Of a DNA stretch of 64,000 nt, positions 18,590-27,779 are shown piece by piece (position 1 is the first letter of the stretch; each line of letters begins with the position of its first letter). The notes below the pieces were generated by a model. The model worked only from the letters and a program-made list of their open reading frames with translations. It was not told where the DNA came from and did no database searches. This stretch comes from Candidatus Eremiobacteria bacterium (GTDB lineage: Bacteria > Vulcanimicrobiota > Vulcanimicrobiia > Vulcanimicrobiales > Vulcanimicrobiaceae): contig CAVTRC010000001.1 of the NCBI GenBank assembly GCA_963737065.1, positions 96,001 to 160,000 on the forward strand, in the 5' to 3' direction. Position numbers and translations under genes: made by a program.

Positions 18590-18912
18590 GTTTTCTTGCA
18601 CCGATACTCGAGGCGGCGGCGCCGTCTCTAATCGGCGGTCTCGTCAGTGGCGGAGCAAACGCGATCCTCGGCGGATCGAACGGTGTGCTGAGCGGCGCAC
18701 TCGGCGCGAACAACGCGTTCAACACCGGTCTCGAGATCCAATCGATGGTCGCGCAAGATCAGCTCAATTTGCAATCGACCGTCTTTGACGAAGCCATGAA
18801 TCAGCAAGCTGAGAACATGCGCGAGATCAATACGTTGAGTGACGTCGCGATGCAGCAGCGTAAAGCCGATGACGGCATCACGAAGAAATTTATTGAGAGC
18901 ATCACGCAATGA
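18586..18912 (+). CDS. Small helical protein, Gly-rich N-terminus; needle/rod-like candidate
   Basis: ATGA coupling to SLT gene; paralogous to 18909-19145. Confidence 0.75.
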   Translation: MSFLAPILEAAAPSLIGGLVSGGANAILGGSNGVLSGALGANNAFNTGLEIQSMVAQDQLNLQSTVFDEAMNQQAENMREINTLSDVAMQQRKADDGITKKFIESITQ

Positions 18913-19145
18913 TTGCTCCCGTCACGCCTGCGGCGCCGCGTCCGAAAGCGCCGCAGGGCAAAGCGGCAGACGACCCGGAGTTGAAAGCGCGTCAGGATGC
19001 GCTCGATCTTCAGCAAGCCGTCTTCAATATGGAGATGGCCGAGCAAGCCGAGTTCGAACGCGAACGCGAGGCTCTGGAAGCGCTCACGATGGCACAGCTC
19101 AAAAATGAAGACGCCATCATGAAAAAGTGGATCGAAATGATCTAA
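18909..19145 (+). CDS. Small helical protein, Pro-rich N-terminus; needle/rod-like candidate
   Basis: ATGA coupling; C-terminal ~50 aa align without gaps to the previous gene. Confidence 0.75.
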   Translation: MIAPVTPAAPRPKAPQGKAADDPELKARQDALDLQQAVFNMEMAEQAEFEREREALEALTMAQLKNEDAIMKKWIEMI

Positions 19146-19187
19146 GCGGGAGAACTCGCCTTCGCTGCCAGGAGCTGTTGCGCCGCG

Positions 19188-19196
19188 TGCTATACT
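19188..19196 (+). promoter_or_regulatory. Extended -10 promoter for tRNA-Ile
   Basis: TGcTATACT 13 nt before the tRNA. Confidence 0.6.
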
Positions 19197-19209
19197 ACTG
19201 ACTTGTCAC

Positions 19210-19286
19210 GGGCCATTAGCTCAGCTGGTTAGAGCGCATGCTTGATAAGCATGAGGTCCCTGGTTCGATCCCAGGATGGCCCACCA
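19210..19286 (+). tRNA. tRNA-Ile(GAT)
   Basis: Cloverleaf; anticodon arm CATGC-TTGATAA-GCATG; GGTTCGA; encoded CCA. Confidence 0.98.
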
Positions 19287-19291
19287 TAGTG

Positions 19292-19326
19292 GAAACGCCT
19301 GCATGTCGCAGGCGTTTTGTTGTTTT
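19292..19326 (+). terminator. Rho-independent terminator after tRNA-Ile
   Basis: AAACGCCTGC-atgtc-GCAGGCGTTT followed by T-rich tract. Confidence 0.75.
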
Positions 19327-19371
19327 CCGCCGCCGCACAGCACGCCGGCGTTGCGCGTCCCGCGCAGTAAC

Positions 19372-20064
19372 TCAGATGCGCACGGAAAATGTCCATTGGC
19401 CGTATTCGTCCTGCGGATATTTTCCGTAAATGTCGTATGCGCGCCAGAGGCATGTGAACGTTTGCACGCCCGGCTTGATGCTGAATTGGAAGCGATTGAT
19501 TTCCGCGGCGATGTCGTTTGGAAATAGAATGTGGTTGTATTGCGCTGCGATAACGTGGTAATACACGCCGTTGACCGTGCGGCCTTCGGGATGGCCCGGT
19601 CGCAACGCATTGTACGCCGAATCCTGTGGAACGAGGAATTCGAATAATAACGCGGGCGTCAGTTTATCGCCTTCGTTCGCTAAACTCACAACGACCATCG
19701 CGTTGATCCAATCGCGACGATCCGACGGGTACTTGAATTCGGACCACTGCGTTGCTCGAAATCTCGGCATACGAAGCGCGTCGTCGATCATCCGGCGGTT
19801 ATTGTTTAGGTCTCGTTTAAGCAAACCCAACGAACGACGCGCCACGTAGATCTGATAGGCAACCGCAATGAGCGTAAGCACCGCAATAGCTAGCGCCCAC
19901 GTCGCAATCGTTACCGCCGTGTGCGCGATCGGCTCATGGCTAACGATATTGACGGGTATTGCCTGCTGCGTTCGCTCGATGATGACATGCTGCACGAGCG
20001 GTGAATGGTGTACGGCCGGGTGCTGAACTCGATGCACCGCATGATGCGCGACAAGGTGCCTCAT
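19372..20064 (-). CDS. Hypothetical single-pass membrane protein with His-rich N-terminus
   Basis: 230 aa ORF, one TM segment, beta-rich C-terminal domain. Confidence 0.6.
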   Translation of the reverse strand: MRHLVAHHAVHRVQHPAVHHSPLVQHVIIERTQQAIPVNIVSHEPIAHTAVTIATWALAIAVLTLIAVAYQIYVARRSLGLLKRDLNNNRRMIDDALRMPRFRATQWSEFKYPSDRRDWINAMVVVSLANEGDKLTPALLFEFLVPQDSAYNALRPGHPEGRTVNGVYYHVIAAQYNHILFPNDIAAEINRFQFSIKPGVQTFTCLWRAYDIYGKYPQDEYGQWTFSVRI

Positions 20065-20116
20065 TGCTTAAGCGCGTCCATCATCATTCTCATTCCCATC
20101 TGCGACGCAAAACAAC

Positions 20117-20884
20117 CTAGCCATTCAACGATTGGGCGGTCACGACGAGATTATCCGGCGTAACCCGGATGAGACCTTGATGCGTGCTATCTAAATCAGC
20201 GATCATGAAGAACGAAATAGCAATGAGCACCGGCAGAACGAGGTGACGGCCGAAACGCCCGGACGGCCTTCTCGTGTCAAAACCAATAAGCGCGCAGCAG
20301 AAAAGCGCGATGACGAACATCAGCGCCCATGCTTCGAACGGGATTCGATTGTCCCAGGCAGCGGCCGCGTATGCTTGTGCATCAATCAGGTCGTTCATAC
20401 CTTGCAGAACGAGTGACGTCATACTGTTCGGCCGCGTTGCGGCTTCCTGTTCAACGATCGACCACATCGTTTGTTGAAGCGACTTGCTCGTCGAGCGATT
20501 CTCGAGTAACACGGACTCCGTTCCGCCTGCATACGTTGCGATGCGCTCGCTGATATACCGGCGCAGCACGGCACGCAGCCGCGTTGCTTCATCGGGCGCG
20601 AGCAAACCCGCACGAAGATACTCGGTCCGTATCGTCTTGGCTTCTACCGCCTCGTCGTGTTTTCGCTCGTCATAGCGACCGACGGCCATCGAGAAACTAA
20701 AACCGATGATAAGCGCAAGCAGCGTGAGCGAGCTCGTCAGGACCAGGCTCAGATCTTCACGCTCGTCAGTGGTCATTGCGCCCCGCCGACGACGCAATCG
20801 CAGCCCGGTGTATGAGGCGAGCAGCATCACGACCAGCGTAAATGCGAAGAAATACCACGGTTGATCGACGAGACTCAGCGCCAT
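20117..20884 (-). CDS. Membrane protein (DUF4239/bestrophin-like)
   Basis: LLALIIGFSFSMAV.RYDERK...EA..IRT.YLRA; IADLD...GLIRV. Confidence 0.75.
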   Translation of the reverse strand: MALSLVDQPWYFFAFTLVVMLLASYTGLRLRRRRGAMTTDEREDLSLVLTSSLTLLALIIGFSFSMAVGRYDERKHDEAVEAKTIRTEYLRAGLLAPDEATRLRAVLRRYISERIATYAGGTESVLLENRSTSKSLQQTMWSIVEQEAATRPNSMTSLVLQGMNDLIDAQAYAAAAWDNRIPFEAWALMFVIALFCCALIGFDTRRPSGRFGRHLVLPVLIAISFFMIADLDSTHQGLIRVTPDNLVVTAQSLNG

Positions 20885-21006
20885 AGCACGATCTTCGCAT
20901 CCGCAGCGCTGCGACGGCTATCCCGTCCGTGCAAGAAATCGCGAGGCGTGCAAGAACGTTGCACGCCTCGTCGACACGGAAGCACCCACGGGTAACGCGC
21001 TACGCG

Positions 21007-21801
21007 CTAGTCGTCATATCCGAGCGAACGACCGAATAACGTCCCGAGCGGCGGTTTTGTATCGAAATGGAATGCGTCAAACGTGTATTCGGCGCTGATG
21101 GTCGAATATTGGCTGAAGACGCGGTACGTGTACTCCCAGTTCACTTGCCGAATCACATTGTAGCCCTCGACATTTCCAACTTCGATCGTGTAGTCGATCA
21201 GTCTCTGTCCGCGTTTCCCGGAATAGTCGTAGAGAAACGTTAGCCACTGGCTTACGACCGCGCGTCGCATCGCAAACGTCTTGCGGTCGATCCAAATCGC
21301 TTTGAGCGCGGGGCGATCTCCCGGCGCGTCGGCGATGATCAAGTGCGCCGCCGGCTTTCCGTCAACGACGTCATCGCCCTGGTCGACGCATTCATGGCGC
21401 GAGTTGCGCGTATCGGCGATGACCGGCAGCGCCGTGCCGGAGGACATTTCGTCCGACGAGAGCCACGATGCGCGGTTGGGGCCGTACGGACCGAGCACCG
21501 GCGGTCCCGGTTCGAGTACGCGGCTGACGAACGGATGCACCCACCGGTCGTCGTCGACGTAGGCAAGGCCATCGTCGCGATAGGTGACATTGGCACTCGC
21601 AAACTCATAGCGATGACCGTCTTGCGTAATGTGAATCGATTCCGCATAGCTAATATACGGGGCGTGAGGAGCGGCTGCGTTGCGCTGCAAAGCCGAGTAG
21701 AGCAGTTCCCAGCACGGATCGAAGTTCGCTGCACGAGCAACGGCCGTGCAGCAGAGAAAAAGAAGTGCGGCGGCGAGGCCGCCGATCGACCGCATCGTCA
21801 T
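21007..21801 (-). CDS. Secreted hypothetical protein (possible LolA-like fold)
   Basis: Signal peptide; beta-rich; GAGG RBS. Confidence 0.6.
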   Translation of the reverse strand: MTMRSIGGLAAALLFLCCTAVARAANFDPCWELLYSALQRNAAAPHAPYISYAESIHITQDGHRYEFASANVTYRDDGLAYVDDDRWVHPFVSRVLEPGPPVLGPYGPNRASWLSSDEMSSGTALPVIADTRNSRHECVDQGDDVVDGKPAAHLIIADAPGDRPALKAIWIDRKTFAMRRAVVSQWLTFLYDYSGKRGQRLIDYTIEVGNVEGYNVIRQVNWEYTYRVFSQYSTISAEYTFDAFHFDTKPPLGTLFGRSLGYDD

Positions 21802-21917
21802 CGGAAGTACCTCTAAGGCTTTCTATCGTCTCTCAACCGCGGCCATGTGACAATACTCTCCGATCACATATGAAAGGGTCCATTCGACCCGGCACGAATT
21901 CCGGGTGGCTCTTTCTC

Positions 21918-21990
21918 GGGGACGTAGCTCAGCTGGTAGAGCGCCTGCTTTGCAAGCAGGATGTCAGGGGTTCGAGTCCCCTCGTCTCCA
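21918..21990 (+). tRNA. tRNA-Ala(TGC)
   Basis: GGGGACG...CGTCTCCA with G3:U70; anticodon arm CCTGC-TTTGCAA-GCAGG. Confidence 0.98.
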
Positions 21991-22000
21991 CATCGGCTTT

Positions 22001-22073
22001 GGGGGCATAGCTCAGCTGGTAGAGCATCACGCTGGCAGCGTGAGGGTCAGGAGTTCGAGTCTCCTTGCCTCCA
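22001..22073 (+). tRNA. tRNA-Ala(GGC)
   Basis: GGGGGCA...TGCCTCCA with G3:U70; anticodon arm TCACG-CTGGCAG-CGTGA. Confidence 0.98.
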
Positions 22074-22143
22074 CATTCCGTCATACTCGAATGCGAACCG
22101 GAAGCGATCCGGCGGCGTTTGCGCGCCGTGCTACAATGCCCGA

Positions 22144-22533
22144 GCGAAGTACGCCGGGCGATCGCGCTTGTTCCGCATCGCGGGATTGGTGAGGAAAGTC
22201 CGGGCTTCACAGGGCAAGGTGCAGGATAACGTCCTGTCGGCGCAAGTCGAAGGAAAGTGCCACAGAAACATACCGCCCCAACATCTGCGACGCAGCTTGC
22301 AGGTGATGAGGCAAGGGTGAAATCGTGAGGTAAGAGCTCACGGAGTTCCACGGTGACGTGGACTCGGGTAAACCCCACCTGAAGCAAGATCGCTCGATGC
22401 GCACCGCAAGGTGCCGGATTGCCCGTCCGTACGAGCCACATCGCATCGAGGTGCGCGGTAACGCGTGCCCCAGAGGGATGGTCGCCGCCGGTGGTAACAC
22501 CGGTACAGAATCCGGCTTATAGGCGTACTTCGC
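22144..22533 (+). ncRNA. rnpB: RNase P RNA (type A)
   Basis: GAGGAAAGTCCGGGC, AGTGCCACAGAAA, GGTAAACCCC and ACAGAATCCGGCTTA; P1 GCGAAGTACGCC/GGCGTACTTCGC; TGcTACAAT promoter at 22129. Confidence 0.97.
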
Positions 22534-22567
22534 AGTAGTTCAGCGCGCGGTCGTACAACGTTGAACT

Positions 22568-24376
22568 ATGGTGCGGTTGTGGCAAGCCGCCATTTGTGCG
22601 CTGATGCTGCTCGGACTCGTCAACATGGCGGGGCAGATTGCGCAATTACACAGTTCCGGCACATTCGGCTTCACGGTCTCATCGAACGTCGGCGCGTCTT
22701 CGCTCCGTACAGTCGACAGTGTTTCACCGGGTAGTCCCGCGTTCAACGCCGGCATCAGGCGCGGTGATGTTCTCGAACTGGATTCCGGAATTGCGAACCG
22801 CGTCGTCCTGACCGCTCCCCTCCCCGGCGATCGTCTCGTCGTCTATGACGGTAGGCGCAGGATCGATCTTACGGCGGTCGTCGATACCGGACCGCAGCCG
22901 CGTGCATTGCTCGCGCTCGTCTGGACGACGAAAATCGCGTACTTCACGATGGGCGCGCTGATTGCGTGGCGGCGACCACGTGACGCGGCTGGCCGCGCGC
23001 TCGCGTTTTTCCTCGTCTGCTTTGGCACCGCGGTAAACTTCACCGGTGCAATCCCATCGGCGATTTGGCTGCGCGCGGCAACGTTCATGGCCACGCAAAC
23101 GCTGCTCATTCTCGCGGCATGGGGATTCTATACGTTCGCCCTTCGCTTTCCGTCGGTACCCGACCGCGGACTTCGACGGACGATGGCGCGCGCAGCGGTC
23201 GCGTTAGGTGTCGTCGGCGTTGCTCTCGCCCTCGGAACGGTCATGGACTCGTTCTTCGGAACAAACGGTCCGGAGGTATTCCGGCGCGCGCTTCGCATCG
23301 GCTTCATTGTGACGCTCCTCGTGCTCGTATTCGGCGCACTGGCGTCGTTGATCGTCTCGTATCGTGACGCGCTCGGCGATCAGCGCCCACGTATGCGTTG
23401 GGTGCTCGTAACGTTTGCCGTGGGACTATCCGGGCTGGTTGTTGTTCTCGTTGCATACATGTTCGGACACGGCAACGACGTGCAATTATTCAGCGCAACG
23501 ACGCTCGTTATTCCGTTCGGCCTTGCGTACGTTATTTTGCGCCATCGGATGTTGGATATCGGTTTCGTCGTCAATCGAGCCGTGGTCTATACGATCGTCT
23601 CAATCGTCGTCGTGGGCTCATTCATCGTTTTTGAGTGGCTGTTGGGTCACGTCGTCGAAGCGAACAGCAGAGCGTCCACGATCCTGGAATTGCTCGGCGC
23701 GCTCGTGCTCGGTCTTTCGACTCGTTTTATCCATGCGCGCGTCGACCGGTACGTCGACGACCTCTTTTTTCGCGACCGCCACATTGCTGAAGCTGCAATT
23801 CGCCGATTCGCCGTCGAAACCGGACTGGTCACCGACGCCGACATCCTCATTCACCGCACGGTCGACGTTGCGGAACGCAACGCGCGCTTGATGGGCGCCG
23901 GATTCTTCGCGCGCCTCGGAAAGCACTACATACCACTGCATTCGACGTTCCGTTCGACGCCCGCCGAGATTGAGGAGAACGACGCAACGATTCTTGCAAT
24001 GCGAACGTGGAACGATCCCGTCGACATGCATGACGGCACGTCGGTTCCCGGTGTTACCGCGTTCCCTATGACCGTGCGCGGACAACTCGCCGGATTCTTA
24101 GCATGTGGCGAGAAGGCCACGCATGAAGCGCTCGCGCCCGACGAACGCGATGCGTTGCGCGTGCTCGCGCGTGACGCCGGCATCGCGCTCGACTCGTTGC
24201 GGATCGCGCGCATTAAGCAGGAGCTTGCATACTTGACCGACGACGGAGCGCTTCCGCCGGACATCCGGCTGCGTCTCACTGCGCTCCTCGATGCGGAAAC
24301 GGCATCGCAACCTGCGGGGGCCGACCTGCGTTCTATCCAATTGATTCAGGAATCAAAAACCCAGGAGTTACTGTGA
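22568..24376 (+). CDS. PDZ + multi-TM + GAF-like membrane sensor without output domain
   Basis: VSPGSPAFNAGIRRGDV (PDZ), ~9 TM helices, FPMTVRGQLAGFLACG (GAF-like). Confidence 0.75.
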   Translation: MVRLWQAAICALMLLGLVNMAGQIAQLHSSGTFGFTVSSNVGASSLRTVDSVSPGSPAFNAGIRRGDVLELDSGIANRVVLTAPLPGDRLVVYDGRRRIDLTAVVDTGPQPRALLALVWTTKIAYFTMGALIAWRRPRDAAGRALAFFLVCFGTAVNFTGAIPSAIWLRAATFMATQTLLILAAWGFYTFALRFPSVPDRGLRRTMARAAVALGVVGVALALGTVMDSFFGTNGPEVFRRALRIGFIVTLLVLVFGALASLIVSYRDALGDQRPRMRWVLVTFAVGLSGLVVVLVAYMFGHGNDVQLFSATTLVIPFGLAYVILRHRMLDIGFVVNRAVVYTIVSIVVVGSFIVFEWLLGHVVEANSRASTILELLGALVLGLSTRFIHARVDRYVDDLFFRDRHIAEAAIRRFAVETGLVTDADILIHRTVDVAERNARLMGAGFFARLGKHYIPLHSTFRSTPAEIEENDATILAMRTWNDPVDMHDGTSVPGVTAFPMTVRGQLAGFLACGEKATHEALAPDERDALRVLARDAGIALDSLRIARIKQELAYLTDDGALPPDIRLRLTALLDAETASQPAGADLRSIQLIQESKTQELL

Positions 24377-24780
24377 GCAACCAACGTTTCACCCCGGACA
24401 TGACCGTAGACCAAGCCTTCGCGCTTCACGCCGGTGCGCGGCGCGTCTTCGCGCGCTTTCACCTCGGCGGCTGCTCGAATTGCGCGATCAGCGAAACGCA
24501 CACGATCGCGGGAATCAGCGAAGACTACGGCATCCCGCTTCCGATGTTGCTCGACGGTTTGAACGCGCTCTTCGACGGCGGCACGCTGACCGTCGGCGAC
24601 AAGGTGCGCATCCCGGAAGAGATTCGCTCGAAAATTCCACAACTCGCGAACGTGCCGGAAATCGGCGAAATCACGAGCGTCGAGAACGGCGCGTATATGG
24701 CGGAGTTCGGCGAAGTTCGGCTTCAGGGGTTGTCCGAGGACTTCGTTGCCGTGGAAGCCACCGCAACAAAAGCCTCGTAG
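24373..24780 (+). CDS. DUF1858 (CxxC redox) domain protein with SH3-like C-terminus
   Basis: FTPDMTV...VFARFHLGGCSNCAISE..TI.....YGI...LL..LN. Confidence 0.75.
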   Translation: MSNQRFTPDMTVDQAFALHAGARRVFARFHLGGCSNCAISETHTIAGISEDYGIPLPMLLDGLNALFDGGTLTVGDKVRIPEEIRSKIPQLANVPEIGEITSVENGAYMAEFGEVRLQGLSEDFVAVEATATKAS

Positions 24781-24786
24781 GGCAGC

Positions 24787-25185
24787 TCAACCGAGCAGTT
24801 TGCGGTTCGAAAAATTCTCCTCGATCCCGTGCCAATGCGAGATCGACGGCTCGCCTGCTTTCCAACATAAATAGACCGGCTGACCGTCGCGCGTGGACGG
24901 GAAATCGATCGTCCCCAAGTCGATATCTTTAACGATGCATCCGAACGACTCGATCCGATGGATCAGCCGGACGATTTCGCTTTTGAGCTCGCCGAAGCGC
25001 GGCGGCGGAAAGGGAGAACGCAGCCCGGCGAGACGGGAGACGCGCGGCGGCGTGTTGGTGCGCAGCGCGGGGTCGTTCTCGAGGAGCTTGATCGCGAGGT
25101 CGCGCCGTTTTTCCAACAACTCTTCGACGAGCGGCGCAACTTTTGGAATGAGGGCGTTGGCCCGTTCAGGCGAAAAGAACTTCAT
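24787..25185 (-). CDS. DUF2203 family protein
   Basis: VKDIDLGTIDFPS.RDGQPVYLCWKAGEP.I.HWH..EE.F..RK. Confidence 0.9.
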   Translation of the reverse strand: MKFFSPERANALIPKVAPLVEELLEKRRDLAIKLLENDPALRTNTPPRVSRLAGLRSPFPPPRFGELKSEIVRLIHRIESFGCIVKDIDLGTIDFPSTRDGQPVYLCWKAGEPSISHWHGIEENFSNRKLLG

Positions 25186-25212
25186 GCTCGTCCAACGCTC
25201 CCTCTGCCAACC

Positions 25213-26064
25213 ATGACGGCGGCGCGGATTATCTTCGTTGCCGGACTTTCCGGAGCCGGTAAAAGCCAAGCAATGAAGACGTTTGAGGACTTGGGCTTTT
25301 ACTGTGTAGAACACCTTCCTCCGGCAGCACTAGATCAAACCTTGAGCGTGCTCGATGCGGCGCACGTTTCCGACGTTGCGGTTACGCTCGATGTGCACGC
25401 CGATGCGTCGCTCGGCGACGCAATCGCCGCCATCGAGAGCGCGCGCGCGCGACGCGACGTTTCGGTGCTTTACATGGAGGCGCGGAACGACGCGCTCGTT
25501 CGCCGCTTCAGCGAAACGCGGCGCCGCCACCCGTTCGCTTCGCGCGGTTCGCTGCGCGAAGCGATCGCCGCCGAACGCGACGCGCTGCTTCCCATGCGCG
25601 AACGAGCGACGATGGCGATCGATACGACGGCGCTTACGCACGGCGAACTCAAGGAGCGACTCGCGGCGACCTTTGCGCCGGAACAACGCGCGCAACTCGC
25701 CGTGACGCTCGTGCCGTTCGGCTTCAAGTACGGGCTCCCACTCGATCTGGATCTCCTGTTCGACGTGCGATTTTTGCGCAACCCGAATTACGACGACGCC
25801 TTACGCCCGCTCACCGGCGACGATCCTGCGGTCGCGGCTTTTATCGAGCAGGACGCAGCATGCAAGCCGTTCGTGGCGAAACTGATCGACGTCATGGATT
25901 TCCTCTTGCCGCGGTACATCGCCGAGGGTAAGGCGCAACTAACGGTCGGCATCGGCTGTACCGGCGGCCGTCACCGTTCCGTCTATATCGCGCGCCGCTT
26001 GTACGAGCATCTCGCGGCTAACGATCGTCTCGCACTGGCGCTCGATCCACGGGATATCCGATAG
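25213..26064 (+). CDS. rapZ: RNase adapter RapZ/YvcJ
   Basis: GLSGAGKS, RRFSETRRRHP, FGFKYG, DVRFLRNP, GCTGGRHRSV. Confidence 0.96.
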   Translation: MTAARIIFVAGLSGAGKSQAMKTFEDLGFYCVEHLPPAALDQTLSVLDAAHVSDVAVTLDVHADASLGDAIAAIESARARRDVSVLYMEARNDALVRRFSETRRRHPFASRGSLREAIAAERDALLPMRERATMAIDTTALTHGELKERLAATFAPEQRAQLAVTLVPFGFKYGLPLDLDLLFDVRFLRNPNYDDALRPLTGDDPAVAAFIEQDAACKPFVAKLIDVMDFLLPRYIAEGKAQLTVGIGCTGGRHRSVYIARRLYEHLAANDRLALALDPRDIR

Positions 26065-27408
26065 TGCGTCGTCGCTTGATGAAGCCGCTGCAGTGGCTGA
26101 TCCCGGGTCTGGGCGTCAAACGCTGGCTGCTGCTCGCAATGTTCGGTCTGCTCATTCTCGTCAACGGCATCGACCGCTGGCTCGTCGCCGAAGGCGTCTC
26201 CCTTCCACTCAACGAGATGATCGACAACGTCGTCGATGACTATTTCTCGCCGTCATATCTCACGTACATCTTCGTCGCGCTCGGCATCGTGTTGATGCTC
26301 GCCGGCATCGGTCAGGGTCTTCGTTCGATCGTGCGCGCCGCGTCTTCCGGCGGCGGAATTCTCGATACGCTTCGCGCGCGCAGATTGGAACAAGGGTACA
26401 ACATCGTCGCCATCGGCGGCGGCACCGGTCTCTCGACGCTGCTGCGCGGGCTCAAACGCCGCACGTGCAATCTCACGGCGATCGTCACGGTGAGCGACGA
26501 CGGCGGTTCGTCGGGCCGGTTGCAAAAAGAATTGGGCGTCTTGCCGCCCGGCGACATTCGCAACTGCTTGGTCGCGCTTGCCGATGACGAAGCGCTCGTG
26601 ACGGATCTATTCCGCTATCGGTTCGAAGAAGGCTCAGGATTGATCGGACACTCGTTCGGTAATCTCTTTCTCGCGGCGATGACCGGTATCACGGGCAACT
26701 TCGACAAGGCCGTGAAAGAATCGAGCCGCGTGCTCAACATCGTCGGCCGCGTGCTTCCCGCTACGCTGTCGATCGTGCGCTTATGCGCTGAGCTCGACGA
26801 CGGCACGATCGTGGAGGGCGAATCGAACATTTCGAAGGCAAACCGGCCAATCCGTCGCGTATTCTTTGATCCCGACATGGTCGCGCCGCTCGATGAAGCG
26901 CTCGAAGCAATCCGCAATGCCGACGCTATCATTCTCGGGCCCGGATCGCTCTTTACGTCGATTCTGCCGAATTTCTTGATCGACCGCATCACGCAAGAGA
27001 TCGCGCGGGCGCGCGGCGTGAAAATTTACGTCTGCAACGTGATGACGCAGCCCGGCGAAACGGACAACATGACGGCCGCGGATCATGTCGACGCGCTTTT
27101 CGGAAATGCCGGTGCGCGCGTCTGCGAGTACGTCCTCGTCAATGACGAGCCGCCCTCGAAGTTACGCAAAACCTACGCCGAAGAGAATCAGATTCCCGTG
27201 GCGCCCGACGTGGACCGCATCGAAGCGATGGGATTGACCGCCGTTAAAGCCGACATGATCAGCGAAATCGGAAAACGTTCGTCACGACCCGGATCGACTC
27301 GGTGATGTGGTGCTCGGTGTCATCGATCGCGCGGTCGCCGAGCGCGCGACGTTCGTGCGGCCGGCGAGCTCCTACGCTAAGGCGGCGGTTGCTGCAGGGC
27401 GACGTTGA
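26064..27408 (+). CDS. yvcK: YvcK/GlmR family UDP-GlcNAc-binding protein; frameshift near 27270
   Basis: IGGGTGL, DDGGSSGRL, PPGDIRNC, GHSFGNL, GPGSLFTS; conserved VRHDP tail continues in another frame to TGA 27408. Confidence 0.92.
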
Positions 27409-27727
27409 GCTCGAACGGCTTTCCGGGTTCCGCGTTAGAGCTCGAATTCACATCTTTATAACCTTGTGCGCGCACGACGTAATCGATGATACCGCTCGGC
27501 ACTTTATCGATCGTAAAGTTGCCTTGCGCGTCGGTCGTCGCGGTGAGCACCGTATCGACGATGACGGTTGCATTTGCGACCGGCGCGTGCGTTGTAGCGT
27601 CGGTAACTTGTCCTTTGACGCTCGCGAACTTTGTAGCGGGCGGGAGATCGCCGTTGTCGCAAGCAGATAGCGAAAGCGCCAGAATGCCGGCGGCGAAGAG
27701 CGACCGTGCGACGTTTCTCATAGTCAT
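27377..27727 (-). CDS. Lipoprotein with carboxypeptidase regulatory-like domain
   Basis: Lipobox LSAC; GQVTDATT..PVANATV...TTDAQGNFTI..VPSG...VRAQGY. Confidence 0.8.
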   Translation of the reverse strand: MTMRNVARSLFAAGILALSLSACDNGDLPPATKFASVKGQVTDATTHAPVANATVIVDTVLTATTDAQGNFTIDKVPSGIIDYVVRAQGYKDVNSSSNAEPGKPFELNVALQQPPP

Positions 27728-27779
27728 GGAACGTTCTAGCGCGTAGGTTCGTCCCCTCGTTACATTGAAGCGCTCCGCC

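Noticed and set aside
17933..19286. Prophage remnant (lysin plus small genes next to a tRNA)
   Set aside because: No integrase, terminase, capsid, holin or att duplication seen; the genes lie upstream of the tRNA rather than at its 3' end.
27255..27305. Programmed frameshift in yvcK (also tadA)
   Set aside because: No convincing slippery heptamer or stimulator; single-base indels are widespread in this window, so sequencing error is more likely.
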